From the NCBI GenBank assembly GCA_951804945.1, contig OX638152.1, positions 78,988,001 to 79,052,000 on the forward strand: DNA of 64,000 nt, written 5' to 3'. The translations under genes were made by a program, and so were the position numbers. Of the stretch, positions 24,746 to 37,367 are shown piece by piece. The DNA is from Podarcis cretensis (taxonomy: Eukaryota). Within the stretch, counting starts at the first letter, position 1, and every line of letters starts with the position of its first letter. The notes beneath the pieces are model-generated. The model was not told the origin of the DNA. It worked only from the letters and a program-made list of their open reading frames with translations, and made no database searches.

Positions 24746-27700
24746 TGCACCTGTAGGGAGCAAGATCCATTTGAACACAGTGGAACTTATCTTTGAGCAA
24801 AAGAATATGTGCAGGGGGAAATTGGCCTGCAAAATAATCTGGATTCTGTGCAGAGAAAAGCTGGATACTGTGATTTGTGTGTCAGCTAATTAAACAAGGG
24901 TGCATGATTTTCTTAATTTCCATATTTTAAATCTGATTCTGCAAGGAAGAAAACTGGGTACTTGAAGCCTTGCCCTAGGCTCCTATAATATTTTTTTAAA
25001 GCACTGCCTCTTGACTTCTCTGAGTTTGGAGGAGGCAATGCTCAACACTGTTGGGATATTTTTGCCAGCCACACAGGCTACAAAGCACCTCTTTTTTAAA
25101 AAAAATAATGATAAAAGCCACTGGAAGCTGGATTTTGTGCCCAGTGCCACATTCAGTGCTTTTGAACTCAACACGAGTAACTCTGGTAGCAAGCAGAGGG
25201 AAAAAACTGAGAAGGTGAAGCAAGTACCTGGCCATGCCTCCAAGTCACACATGACCATGGAAGAAACAACAAGAGATGAACGTTTTGTTTTTGCTAGCAA
25301 AACAAAAACTGGCTCAACAGTTTATAGATCAATTTCCCTGTAACAAATATGAGAACACCTCAAAGTGACCCTCTGAAGGCGTTATGCATAAAAAATTAAG
25401 AGAGCACCACGTTAAAAAATTCACAGTGGAAAGTGTAGATCATGACAGATAATAATAACAGAAAACAAGTATGCTTTACCCCAAGGTGTTGAGTGCAACT
25501 TTTCAACTGTACAGCCATCAGTGCAGAGAAAGTGTGAAGCTTTCAACATATTTATGCCAATCAAAACTAACTTCTCCCAGCAACCCTTGCTTTTTTGTTT
25601 TTTAAACTGGTAAAAAGAAGAAGAAGCAAAGGCTTAAACAGACTTCATACTTTTTTAAAGTGAGATTTCTCACTGACTTCAAGTAGGAGTTGCAGACATT
25701 TACTGAACATTTATAATTCTGATATAGATTAAAAATGCACTGTTATATATATATCTATATATATATATAATAAGGTGGCCTAAAAACATACAAAATTCTA
25801 TTTAACATCTAATACACATTCATTTACTGTCTTAAACTGAACAGTCTGAACTTTCAATCAGCTATCACTTGCTAATGCTTTCTTTCTTTCTTTCACTTGC
25901 AACTTTTAAAAAACAAAATCGGAAGTTCGCCTCCTGTTTCTTCCTATTCCCCTCTCATCTCCCTTCAACACTGAAGTAAAATGCATTATTCTTCATCTGT
26001 GGAATTTTGCAAAGTGAACACTTATTAGAAGATGAACCAATAATAATATTTTTAAAGTTTCCAATTCGAACCCTGCTGAAGTCAGTGGAATAAACAACTA
26101 CAGTTTTGATTGTGAAGTGGTTGAGTTAGGAGAACTTAAATGGCGAGAGGGAAAACCAGACTTTGTTGGAAGGTTGACTCAGGATCTGTGGTGGCATTCC
26201 TGGGTTTGTACTAGACCTCAGTTTGGAGACAAGCAGTGCTTCTAAGTTACATTTAAGAAGATACCACATGGCCACCACTAATTTAAGGTTCTTGAAGGAA
26301 TGTCTAAGCAGTTGAATCCTTAGATAAAACTTGATTAAAATGGCACTATTCAGAAAAGTATCCAGTATTGGGGTGCCAACTTGAATAAAATACTGGGGAA
26401 CCTAGGCAAGCCCCACCCTACATAATGGATCACATGACATGGCACACACACACACACACCATATGAATGGCAATGCCCATCAACTTTGGGTGGGACCCAG
26501 CCCCCTCCGATATTTTATGGGGTGTGGTGAAGGGACCTCGGCCCCTAGGAATTGACTCCTATGATCCAGTATTTGGTGTGTGTTGCTGTGTTAGCAATAA
26601 TGAGATTAGCTCCCACCGAAACAATAGGATGTTAAGTTAAGCCATGGTTAAATTATGCTGAACCCAACACAATTATTTGTTTAAATTGAATTATGCCTCA
26701 GGCAGGTGGTTATTGTTAAGAATACAGCAGAAACATATGCATACAAGCACGGATGCAAACTCTCTCTCTCTCTCAACCCAGCTGGGTAATTTTTTTTTTA
26801 AAGAGCCTAAGCAATGAGATATGTGCACTATATTTTCCTTTACTGGGATACTTCTGATTGAGCAAACACAACAGGGATGGGGGACATGTGTATCTCTAGA
26901 CTTTGTTGGACGGTAGCTCCCATCAGCCCCATCCAACATGGCCAACAGGAAGGAAGGAAGGAAGCTGCACTCCCAACACCTGGAGGGCTATCCTTCCACG
27001 ACAACAAGGTGAAAGATTATAGAACGTCTCTGTTGGTGTTCAGCAGTCTTTTGCAAGAGAGAGTTTGCATTTGACAGGAGTCTTATGTAGGCCTGAAGGG
27101 GGAGACCTGATCTATCCTCCTTTGAATTAAATTATGGAACTCATCACTTTAAAAAAAATATCATTGGGGGAAAAATAAGATGTGGAAGATGAACACCACC
27201 TTCGGAAACAAGATTAGACAGGCAGATAAGTGACACACAGCAGGTTGACACAGCAGCCCAATGGATGCTCTGTATTTGGAGATATTGTCAATGTCAAGAG
27301 GCTGGGGACAAGTGACAGAGTAAGCCCACTGCCTTTATGCCTTTCTTGCAAACCTCCACAGAGGCATCTAATTGACCACTGCTGGAACCAGAATGCAAGA
27401 TGAGATAGGCCTTCAAGCTTGATCCAGCTAAATTGTCTTTACATTCTTAAGACCTCGAAGTAGAATTAGGATCTTGCTACCTATTGCTAGAAACTTGGGG
27501 GTGGGGGTGAAAGTGAATGTTGCAAATGCAGAAGCATTGCTTGAATATTTCTGGGCCAGAATTTTGACTCTCCGCTCTTAACAACAAGAACCTACAGGGT
27601 TTGGCATCTCACTGCATCTTTGGCTCACAAGGTAACCTGATGAATTCCCTCTTCTCTTCTTACTACTTTCTGTCAACCCCAAAGCTCCTCTCTTCTGTTC

Positions 27701-27896
27701 ACTCGCTTCCCCTTGACTTGGCTTGCCAATAAATACTGCAGTGGTAGTGAACATTCAGAAGACTACAAGCCCTGCTGCCCTCTGCCCCAACCTTTCTTCC
27801 TGACACTTACCCCTGAATAGCGCTGCAGCTGGGCTCTGGGGCAGCGAAAGAAAACTAAAATGGAAAAGGCTGCTGAAGATCTCTAGTCTAACATCC

Positions 27897-28380
27897 TGTC
27901 AGGGACTGGGCAGAGGAGGAAGAATGGTGGAGACCGCCTTCCCATCCTGAACCTTCCAGGGAGGAGGAAGATAGTATCGATTTTCAACGGGGTGTGTGTG
28001 TGGGAGGTCACAGCTCAGAGGCAGATGAGGGGAAAAGCTGAGAAATAATGGGAGAGGTGGTTGACATGTCACTAGAAAGCATTCCAGACCCACCATCTCC
28101 CAGAACCCAGCGAGCCTTAAAAGTAGGAGAGCAAAGAGCTCAAAGACAGAGGGCACTTAGTGACACCTGTAGAGAAGATGATGATGATGATGATGAATGA
28201 GGAAGTGGAAGAGATTGGGGTGTGTGAAGATTCACTTGGGACAACGCCATTATCCAAGAGGCTGGGTTCTATAGCCTCTCTCTGTAAAGTTTGGAATAAA
28301 AAAGGACTGTAAGAAACTTTTCCTTGTCTTTATACTTTCCTGGGCAACCACTGCCCGGAGCCAGTGACAGCATCCTGACA
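27897..28380 (+). mobile_element. Solo LTR (484 bp), TGTCAGG...CCTGACA family
   Basis: 7-bp terminal inverted repeats, perfect 5-bp TSD CATCC (27892-27896, 28381-28385), AATAAA at 28295. Confidence 0.85.
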
Positions 28381-29385
28381 CATCCACACAGGTGGTAGAG
28401 GAAACAAAGCATTAGAAAGCAACTGCTTTCTACAGATAAGCTGTGTTGTTTGCTTGTTGGTTGTGATTGTCACACAACAACCTACTCCCTTGATGGCTCA
28501 TCTGCAGGTAAGACTTTTCATCCTGACTACAGTAGCTGTCATGAGGGTGTTTGGAGGGAGTTGTCATGGCATGATGAATGAGAATCAGCCTGCAGGCCTG
28601 CGTACATGAATGTGTGGCAATTCAGCCCCACATAAAAGGTCAAAAAACATATTTCTCCTAATATGGACACTGGTGCCAGCACGTTGGCACGGAAACAAAT
28701 TTCAATATGCTATTTTCTGAAACAGCCAGGTGGTGGTCTTCTACTCAACCTTTCCTGTGCATGCTACCAATTTATGTATTTGACCAAATATGTCTTAACA
28801 CATGTTAAAAGAGTCCAGCACCAGTGCTTTAAGGTTAGGGTTCCAAGCTCAGCCACCAGAACAGTTTAAATAAAACAAAAACATGGCTCATTGTATTCAG
28901 TAAACATCTGGCACTTTTTATAAGAGGGAAGAGAGGAAAATCTTAAAAGATGCTGTGAAAAATATAGCTGAAGTTTGCTTTTATTTGATTGTAAGGACTG
29001 CTTCACTAGGTTAGGCTTCGTGTTTAATCTGCCTTGTCTAAAGGACTGCAATTGGGCACATGTGGTATAACTGCTTGATGATTTCTGGAATATATCCTCA
29101 CAGTATTTTGCCTTCACCATAGTTTGCATCTCTCAAAAAGCAAGCCTTTTTTTAAAAAAAACCAAAACAAACCCCAAAACCTATTTTCAAAGCAATAATA
29201 AATACTCAGGCCTCAGAAGCAAGGACTTCCCCCAAGCCTGCTACTTAATTACAGTTTATAGACTCAAGACTAGATTGGTCTAGGATCCGGTTTTTTTCAA
29301 GTATTTCTTTGTTGTTTATTAGTACGACAGCAGCACCTTATTGCACTTTGTTCTAGAAATATCCTTTCTTAGTGTTGTATGGGAA

Positions 29386-29639
29386 TCACTTCCATCCAGG
29401 GCATTTCACTGACCTGAACCCTGGCAAAATCACTTTTCCTTTCCGGTACAGATCTTCCTGGAAGCCTCTGTTCATCCTCTGCACCAGCAGTTTCTCATAA
29501 AGCAGCGGGTGGTAAGCCCCCAAGGTACAAGCCGCATCATAGTAGAGTTCATGGTAGTGGCAGAGATCGGTCTGCCGGACTGAAGGAATGTATTCGTATA
29601 CATGGACTTCGCTGCACATGGACATCATGATGAGAATCC
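29386..29639 (-). CDS. ST6GAL2: ST6GAL2 terminal coding exon (sialylmotifs S, III and VS)
   Basis: TTTTCAG acceptor; [20 protein letters not shown]...CHYHE...[10 protein letters not shown]...CPGWK then TGA. The exon lengths 946+98+102+175+254 sum to 1575 nt, an intact frame. Confidence 0.96.
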
Positions 29640-30776
29640 CTGAAAACAGAGGAAACATTTAGGGTATTTAAAAATGTCAGAATAAGTTTCCAAACTTAGG
29701 TTCCTTTTTAATTATTGCACATGCAAAAATCAAGTCCAGTTCTGTTTGCTAAATTGCTAGTCGTCTCTAGCAAGCGGTGGTGCTGAATCAATATATTTTC
29801 TTTGGACAAAGGGCTGTTGAGTGGGTTCTGCCTGCCACCTGGTGACCAAGAACAGGAAATGCACCAGTAGTATCAAGAAAACAGGAGTTGATCCATTGCC
29901 ATTGACCTCAACCAAATTCCCTTTCTCATAGCTCCTCTGTTTTTGTGAGTTTTTCTGCTGCCCCTGTGAATTAATTCCAGCCTTCATTTTTCTCTCCTCC
30001 TTCTGTTTTAAAAAAATAAATGGTGAAGGGGTAGACAGCACTGTTGTTTTCCTTTCAAGCTGCCTCTTTTCCTTGTTTTCTCCCCCCCCCCCTTTTTTTG
30101 CTACTGCTTTCCCTCCCTCCTGTTGTAGAGTTGGAAGGAGACTCGAGAGTCATCAAGCAGGAATCTCAGCTTGTGAATTAGGGAATACATTTGGGTGCTA
30201 CTGTGCCACGTGTTTTGATAGCCTTTCCTAGGGCTTCTGCCTCAATGGACAAAGATGTTCCCGGCCAGCCCTACTTACTCTTTGGTTGGGCAAGCCCTGA
30301 GCTCCCAGTCCTACCACCCACCAGTTTCTGCTAAACTTCACAAGTCCTCCAGGGAGCCAGATAAGCCCGCTCCCCTATGGCCTTTAACCCCAGTCTTCTC
30401 TTAAGACCTGCATGTGAGGTGGGCTCCAAGCTAAAGAAGCAGAAAGCAGCAGCCGTGGCATTTCCTAAGGTTCAGGAACTGCCTTTCTTGCCTGTAACAC
30501 CACCTTGCTCCTCTGGCATTGCACACTGTGAGGCACGACAACCAAGCCAGTCAGTGACTTGTATGACATCCTGTCTGCTCCAGGGCCAACTTGCCCAAGA
30601 TGAGGAGCTGCTCTCAGAGGGTGATTTGCAGGTTAGAGCCAACGTGGCAAAATGCTAACCAATGCTATCGTGTCTGGCTGTATTATGTTTAACTTGGCCT
30701 TCCTTCCTATTGAAGTCAAGGAGGCTCCATTCTGCCCAGTGGGGTCAGCATTAGGCCTGGGCAATATATCAAATTA

Positions 30777-31088
30777 CCGTATTGGCCCGAATATAAGCCG
30801 CACCTTTTCCCCAAATTCCGACCGTGAAAAGTTAAAGTGCAGCTTCTATTAATGACCTTACAAAAAGAATCCAGTATGCAGCCAGGAGTGCAGGGTAAAC
30901 AGCGCCAGGAGCGCAGCACAGCGGCGCCCGCCCCACACATACTCCCCCACCCTCTCCCCCAAGGCCAGGAAGGGAGAAAGTGAGGAAGGGAGTGGCATAT
31001 TCGGTTATTGTCTTTTTTCTCCCCCTCCCCCATGACTTTTAAATGTGTGGCTTATATTCAGGTGCGGCTTATATTCGAGCCAATAAAG
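30777..31088. mobile_element. Tc1/mariner-type MITE, CCGTATTGGCCCGAATATAAGCCGCACC family
   Basis: About 28-bp imperfect TIRs and TA TSD. Confidence 0.85.
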
Positions 31089-31350
31089 TACATCGCCCAG
31101 GGCCAATTTGAGGGCCATCGTGCTCTGGCACTCAAACTGAGGGAGGAACGAGCTGTGAGGTACCAGAGCTGATGCAGCACATTCTTCAAAGGCTCCAGAG
31201 TGAAAAGTTTGGGAAAGGTTGGATTGCAATGTAAACAGAAGAATCTGAATCTTCACTTAACTTTTTAAATGCACGAATCTTCATCCTAATTTGTAACCTG
31301 ATAATTGCAGCTTAGCAAAATGAAACTGGTTGGGTATTTTTGTTTTCCAG

Positions 31351-31590
31351 TTCTACAAATGCTTTCTGATGCTTTTCCACTGCCAACCTGCTTCAGCGGC
31401 TGACGGAGAAACCACCTGCCAGTCAAAGGTCACAGTCATCCAACTGAACCGGAAAGCAGAAGGTGGAATGACTAGGCAAGCACTTCCCCAAATGGACGAG
31501 AAAATGGACCACCTTCTGAGCCCAGAGTCAAGCCCAGAGCCTGTTTCAGACAGCCCGCCACAGATGTCCAAGGAAAATTCATTCTTGTGA
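31351..31590 (+). CDS. tmtops2: TMT-type opsin terminal coding exon 4 (helix 8 and C-tail), nested in the last ST6GAL2 intron
   Basis: Strong acceptor TTTTTGTTTTCCAG ending at 31350. The phase-0 frame continues NKQ|FYKCFLMLFHC (rhodopsin has NKQ|FRNC). 79 aa, then TGA at 31588-31590. Confidence 0.85.
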   Translation, partial: FYKCFLMLFHCQPASAADGETTCQSKVTVIQLNRKAEGGMTRQALPQMDEKMDHLLSPESSPEPVSDSPPQMSKENSFL

Positions 31591-32204
31591 ACGAGTACAA
31601 GCTGCTGCCTAATCCATCTATATCATATATGTTACAGTTTTATTGCCAGCTTGCTTTGTTTCCCCCTAAGGAATCTGCTGTGCATTAAGCAGGAACAAAA
31701 CGTGTTGCTATTAACTTTCTGACTCTGAATCAAGTAGGAATTATGTGATTATAGCACCAAAGAAAGGACTGGTGCTCTAGATATGCAAGGGAATAATGTC
31801 TTGAGGTAACTGCTTGAAGTTAATGGTAGATGCCTCAAAGCCCATTCTATTGACGTTAGCTCCTCTGCCTCAGCTTCACAAAAATCTCATTCTAGATCTT
31901 TGTAACCTGATAAGCACTGACCTCTAGAATAGTTTTCAAATGTGTACTAAGTCACAGTATTAACTGTTTTTTTAAAGAGTAGTAAGTATGCGCTAGCTCA
32001 CACATCTGCTGGTTCATATTGAGGCTGGTAATAACCTTTAAATATTCCAATTCACTTTCACAACACAAAATGTAGATCTCCCTTCTCAAGCAAGTACAGT
32101 GATTTAGTATCAGTCAGATTTGGAGGGGGCAGGGTTATAAGGAAGATCATTATTATTAAATGATGATGGGACAGCAACTTCGTTTTAGCCAATATATGTG
32201 CACC

Positions 32205-32332
32205 AAGATAGCTCAAGTCGGTTGAGCATAAGAGCATAATCACAGGGTTGTGGGTTCGAGCCCCACATTGGGCAAGAGACTCCTGCATGGGGTCAGACTA
32301 GACGACCCCCACAGTCCCTTCGAAATCTACAT
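32205..32332 (+). mobile_element. tRNA-derived SINE with CR1-like tail; related minus-strand copies at about 33465-33610 and 45155-45290
   Basis: A-box TAGCTCAAGTCGG, B-box GGTTCGAGCCC, then a CTAGACGACC...GTCCCTTC..ATCTACA CR1-type 3' end. Confidence 0.7.
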
Positions 32333-32941
32333 GTGAAGAGGCCACATGTACAAATAACCTACATATTTATGGTTTTAGCTTTTAAAAAAACATATTGGCC
32401 CCAGGTTAGAAAGCTACAGCTGTTAACAGGAAGCTTAATTTTAATTACTGTTTGAGTTATCCCTACCCAGTATGTGCTTTCTACTGCTTTTGTAAAGCAC
32501 ATTCCCATGCCTAAGAAGTCAGCATGGACAACACTATCCTCAGCCCTTGTTCACCATTAGGTACCTGATGTGAATCTGTTTCCCACTTTCTCCTGCCTAA
32601 TAGTATTTCCCTGCCCTATGTATTTCTTAAAGGTGAAATAATGAAGGCACAAATGCAGACAATTCCAACAAGAAAGAAAAGTGGGAGGTGTCTAAAGAAA
32701 CCGGTGTGGCTGCATAAGGAGCTTACAGATGAGGTGATATTGAAGGAGGAGGGCATGTATTAAGAAATGAAAGAAAGGGAAATCACGAAGGAAGAGTATA
32801 CACATGTAGCCAACAGTTGCAGGGGGAATGTCTGGGGTGGGGCAAAGCTCAGAAAGAAGCTCAGGCTTGGGGGAAAAGGTTAAAAATAATTATAAAGATT
32901 TCTTTGGCTGTGTTTGAAGCAAGAGGAGGAACATGCAAGTA

Positions 32942-33147
32942 CAGCGGTACCTCTGGTTAAGAACTTAATTTGTTCCAGAGGTCCGTTCTTAACCTGAAAC
33001 TGTTCTTAACCTGAGGTTAAGCTAATGGAGCCTCCCGCTGCCACACGATTTCTGTTCTCATCCTGAAGCAAAATTCTTAGCCCGAGGTACTACTTTCGGG
33101 TTAGCAGAGTCTGTAACCTGAAGCGTTTGCAACCCGAGGTACCACTG
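32942..33147. mobile_element. Tc1/mariner-type MITE, sister of 14965-15206
   Basis: TA|CAGCGGTACCTC...GAGGTACCACTG with a shared internal sequence. Confidence 0.82.
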
Positions 33148-33199
33148 TGGTAGGTTCTTTGCAGTGCCCAACCTGGCAATAGCAGAACTAATGATGCCA

Positions 33200-33850
33200 G
33201 AAGGAAGCTACAGCCCCAAATAGGAAAAGAGGGTGTAAGGGAACATCTAGTTACTTTAAATGAATTCAAATCTCCAGGGCCCAATGAGCTACACCCAAGG
33301 AGCTTATGAATGTAATCTCAGAGCCTTCATCTATAATCTTTGAGATTTCTTTGAGAAGAGGTGAGGTCCCTGCAGACTGGAGGCGGACAAATGTAGCCCC
33401 CATCTTCAAAAAGGGCAAAAGAAGAAGATTCAAGGAACTACTGTGGTCAGTTGGGCATGTTTTATAGAATCATAAAACTGTAGAGTTGGAAATGACCACA
33501 AAGCCAATCTAGTCCAACCCCTGCGATGCAGAAATCTTTTGCCCAATGTGGGGCTTGTACCTGTGACCCTGAGATTTAAGAGTCTCGTGCTCTACTGAAC
33601 TATCCCAGCGGTTTAGCCTGGAAAAGAGGAGACCAAGAGGAGATTATGATAACCATCTTCAAATATCTTTGGGCTGTCACATGGAAGGCAGAGCAAGCTT
33701 GTTTTCTCATGCTTGGGAAGAGAAGGATCCAAAGTTCAAGTTACAAGATAGGAGATTCTGACTCAACACTAGGAAAAACCTTCTAACAGCAAGAGCTGTT
33801 CAACAGTGGAACGGACTCCCTTGAAAGCTGGTGGACTCTCCTTCCAGTAT
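33200..33850 (+). mobile_element. Degraded CR1 LINE fragments, interrupted by a SINE
   Basis: KSPGP, DWRRTNVAPIFKKG and ...RNY motifs, followed by GTTTAGCCTGGAAAAGAGGAGAC...CAGTGGAAC CR1 3' ORF2 sequence. Confidence 0.75.
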
Positions 33851-34889
33851 AGACTCTCATACATAGCAATGACAATCCATGCACCATTACAAAGAATTAT
33901 CTTCTACATCAATGTAGGATTTGTCAGCCAAAAACAGTGCAATGTTCAGCTACCTATGTCACAAGCTCTTATCGCACAGCTATGTATTTAGGAATTTTAA
34001 ACAATGGTTTGAAATTAGCTCAATAGCAGAAGATCAAACTCTTGGGATTCTGGGGTTTGTGTTGAAGTTCTTTTATCAGAATTAAATAAATGTTTAAGTT
34101 CGTTGTATGAATAGTAAATATAAATGGATATTAAGGACTCTAAAAAAAAGGAAGAAATTTAATTTGTCCTTGGCAATTTTAATCACTCAAGAGCTTTTCA
34201 ACTTCCAGCATGTATCTTTGTGCAATGCAATTACACTATGTAATTAGCAAGATAATTAAAAAGTCATTTCCAGGAGATTGGAAGTACACAAGAATGTAAT
34301 TTCATTTACCTTATTGTACCAACTGTTTAGTATGAAAGAAATAATATATTTTGAAAACTGATTGGGATTCAGCTCAGCTTCTAGTTTAGCAAAAACTCGA
34401 TTTTGAGAACATTTTGAATGCTGCATATTCCAGAAACTAAGCACTAACAATTCCTGCAACTTTCATTCAAAACTATGGAGTAGCCATAAAACTTCAAGAT
34501 ACATATGTACAAATGATCACAGCAATATTTGCAAAACCATAAGTGTTCTGATTCCCACGTGGCAAACTGACCAGAGAAGTTCCACAACGTGGAATCCTTT
34601 CAATTTCTCTTCACTGGAGGAAAACTAATCTTTATGCACACCCATTGACATGAACCATAGCTGCTTTTTCCATTGAAATTAAAAAAAACCTGTAGACCTA
34701 CATCTGTAAACGTTGGCAATATAATCACAAAAATTACCAATCGTTTCAAAATATCTACTGGTTCCCAGTCCAAGACTGGCATGTTTTATTTATAAGTTAA
34801 AAAAAGAAGTAAAAATAAGACCACACTAATTTGCCATTTTGCAGCAAATCTTTTGTGCAAAAATGATGTTCTAAACATGCTATCACAGA

Positions 34890-35560
34890 CTTGTAGAGTT
34901 GAAATGGACCCCGAGGGTAGTCTAGTTCAGTCCAGTCCCCTGCGATGAAGGAATCCCAACTAAATCATCCATGACAGATGGCCAGCCAACCTCTGCTTTA
35001 AAACTTCCAAGGAAGAAGAGTGCACTACTTCTTGTAGTCTGTTCCACTGTTGAACAGCTCCTACTGTTGGCAAGTTCTTCCTGAGGTTTAGCTGGAATCT
35101 TGTAACTTGGATCCCATTGGTTCCAGTAGTTTACACCTGAGTTTTCTTTTTCCCCTTATTTTGAAGATGGGGACAACATTTGCCTGCCTCCAGTCTTCAG
35201 GGACCTCGCCTGTTCTCCAAGAATTCTCAGAGATTATAGAAAGAGGCTCTGAGATTACATTAGCAAGCGCCTTTAGTACTCTTGGTACTGCAGCTCATCA
35301 GGCCCTGAAGATCTGAATTCATTTAAAGTGGCTAGGTGTTCCCTTACCACCTCTTTTCCTGTGTTAGGCTGCAGCTCCCTCCTTGCATTGTTCTGTTATC
35401 ACCAGGTTGGGCACTGCTTTCCTTTCGGGTGAAGACAGTGGCAAAGTAGGTGTTGAGTAATTCTGCCTTCTCCCAGTCACCCAATAGCATTTCTCTGTCT
35501 TCTCCATACTGCCCCCTTCTCTGAGCCAGGGCTTCTTCATGCACACAGTGAAACATCCTT
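34890..35560 (-). mobile_element. Degraded CR1 LINE fragments
   Basis: EKAELLNTYFATVFT and GEVPEDWRQANVVPIFK motifs on the minus strand; CR1 3' tail near 34890-34930. Confidence 0.78.
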
Positions 35561-36764
35561 GGAGCACATTGCTCATTCCCTAATTCCCTAAAAGAGAAAG
35601 TAGTCCTGAAAGTTTTCAGATCTTGATATTTTCTAGGCTTATTTGAAGAGAGCGTTTTTGTGGGTGTGTATGTGTGCACACACACACTAATAAAAGTTTG
35701 TTAGCATCATCTGTATCTTGGTTCCCACCACTGATTCAAACACTATTCCGTCTAAGTCCATTACGTGCACAAACGTTTATATTATGCCACCTGACTACTG
35801 CTCTGTTTTAAGGATGGCTTGTGATTCTCAAGCCTACACCTGCTTCTGGTGCTTAAATCTATTTTCATATCTATGTGGGGTTTTCTCTCTGTGTGCTTGT
35901 GTGTGTACACACAGCAGTCTTACATAGCTATTTCATAATAGTATTGCTTGTTCCATCATGTCAGTTCTTGCACAAACGGGGAGCAGATTTAGTGCTACCA
36001 AGAAGCTCTGTTGTATTTTTGTTATGTCATGTTACCTCTGGAAGCCTTTAACAGGAATTCAATAAAATGTTTTGTGGTTAGTTCACACATAGTTTGCTTT
36101 CCTAAAGCCAAATTGCTTCCCAATCCTTCTTAAGTCATAACACTTCTAGCAGGTGTTGGGGCAAGCATTATGTTAATTTCTGAGCACTGAGATTGGGTCT
36201 GATAAGCTACTAGCAGGCCATAAATCAAGCAGAGATGTTAATATGTCAGGCTTGGCGGAAATGCCTGCCTGGCAGAGGTTTGTGCAGATGTGAGAAGGAT
36301 CCTGAGTGGCCTTTGGAGAAATGTCATTGCATTTTCAAACTGAGTTCATCTTTACTTTAAAATGCGTGCTGCAGTGATAACTTATGGCAAAGTTAGAAAA
36401 CTGAAAGAGTGAAAGCATTGAAACATTTGTTAGAGGCCTACCAACGGATGGATTGACTAGCACATAATCTAGTGACATGAAAGCCAGTTCACACATGTAT
36501 GTTCACCACTTATTGATCATAATATCAGGTCAATGTGAGTGTATTTGCGTGATAATGAATTGCACATATAAAGTAGCTTTCTTTACCAATTAGCCATCAC
36601 AGAGAGAACATCTCTCTCTCTCTTGTATCGGCTGCCAAAACCAGTACTTCTAAAAGTTATGAGAGATCAAAAGGTGAACATGCAAACAGAATTTAGTCCT
36701 AAATTCCAAACAGTCAGAGGAAAAAGCAGCTGCCAAAGCTTATTTTGAGTTTGCACTTCCATTA

Positions 36765-37130
36765 AAGGTAAAGGTAAAGGTACCCCTGCCCGTAGGGGCC
36801 AGTCTTGACAGACTCTGGGGTTGTGCGCCCATCTCACTTAAGAGGCCAGGGGCCAGCGCTGTCCAGAGACACTTCCGGGTCACGTGGCCAGCGTGACAAA
36901 GCTGCATCTGGCGAGCCAGAGCCGCACACGGAAACACCGTTTACCTTCCCGCCGGTAAGCGGTCCCTATTTATCTACTTGCACCCGGAGGTGCTTTCGAA
37001 CTGCTAGGTTGGCAGGCGCTGGGACCGAGCAGCGGGAGCGCACCCCGCCGCAGGGATTCGAACCGCCGACCTTTTCGATCGGCAAGTCCTAGGCGCTGAG
37101 GCTTTAACCCACAGCGCCACCTGCGTCCCC
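36765..37130 (-). mobile_element. Sauria SINE, full length, subfamily A
   Basis: GGGACGCAGGTGGCGCTGTGGGTTAAA head, GGTTCGAATCCC B-box, (ACCTTT)n tail. Confidence 0.93.
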
Positions 37131-37367
37131 ATTAGCAACTTCCATTAGCAACCATTTAACATAACCATTTAACATTAGCACTTCCATTAGCAACCATTTA
37201 ACATAAGGCTCAAACACAGATGGGATGGGAAGGATGGGAAAACATCGACCTATTTCAAACACATTTCACACACACAAAAAACCCACTTTGTTTTTGTAAA
37301 CTACCTTAAAAACTTTATGCTACAGGGTAGCATACAAATGCCAGAAATAAAAATACAAAAAGATGTA

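Larger units (their letters stand above)
23200..29385 (-). other. ST6GAL2: Probable long 3'UTR of ST6GAL2
   Basis: AT-rich and relatively repeat-poor sequence downstream of the stop codon, ending at a canonical poly(A) signal with a GU-rich downstream element. The extent is inferred and earlier poly(A) sites are possible. Confidence 0.55.

Noticed and set aside
32205-32280. tRNA gene
   Set aside because: A and B boxes are present, but the cloverleaf is degenerate and runs into a CR1-like tail, so it is a SINE head.
31591-34090. Opsin polyadenylation site
   Set aside because: I noticed only ATTAAA at 32155 and AATAAA at 34085, and neither can be chosen from sequence alone.
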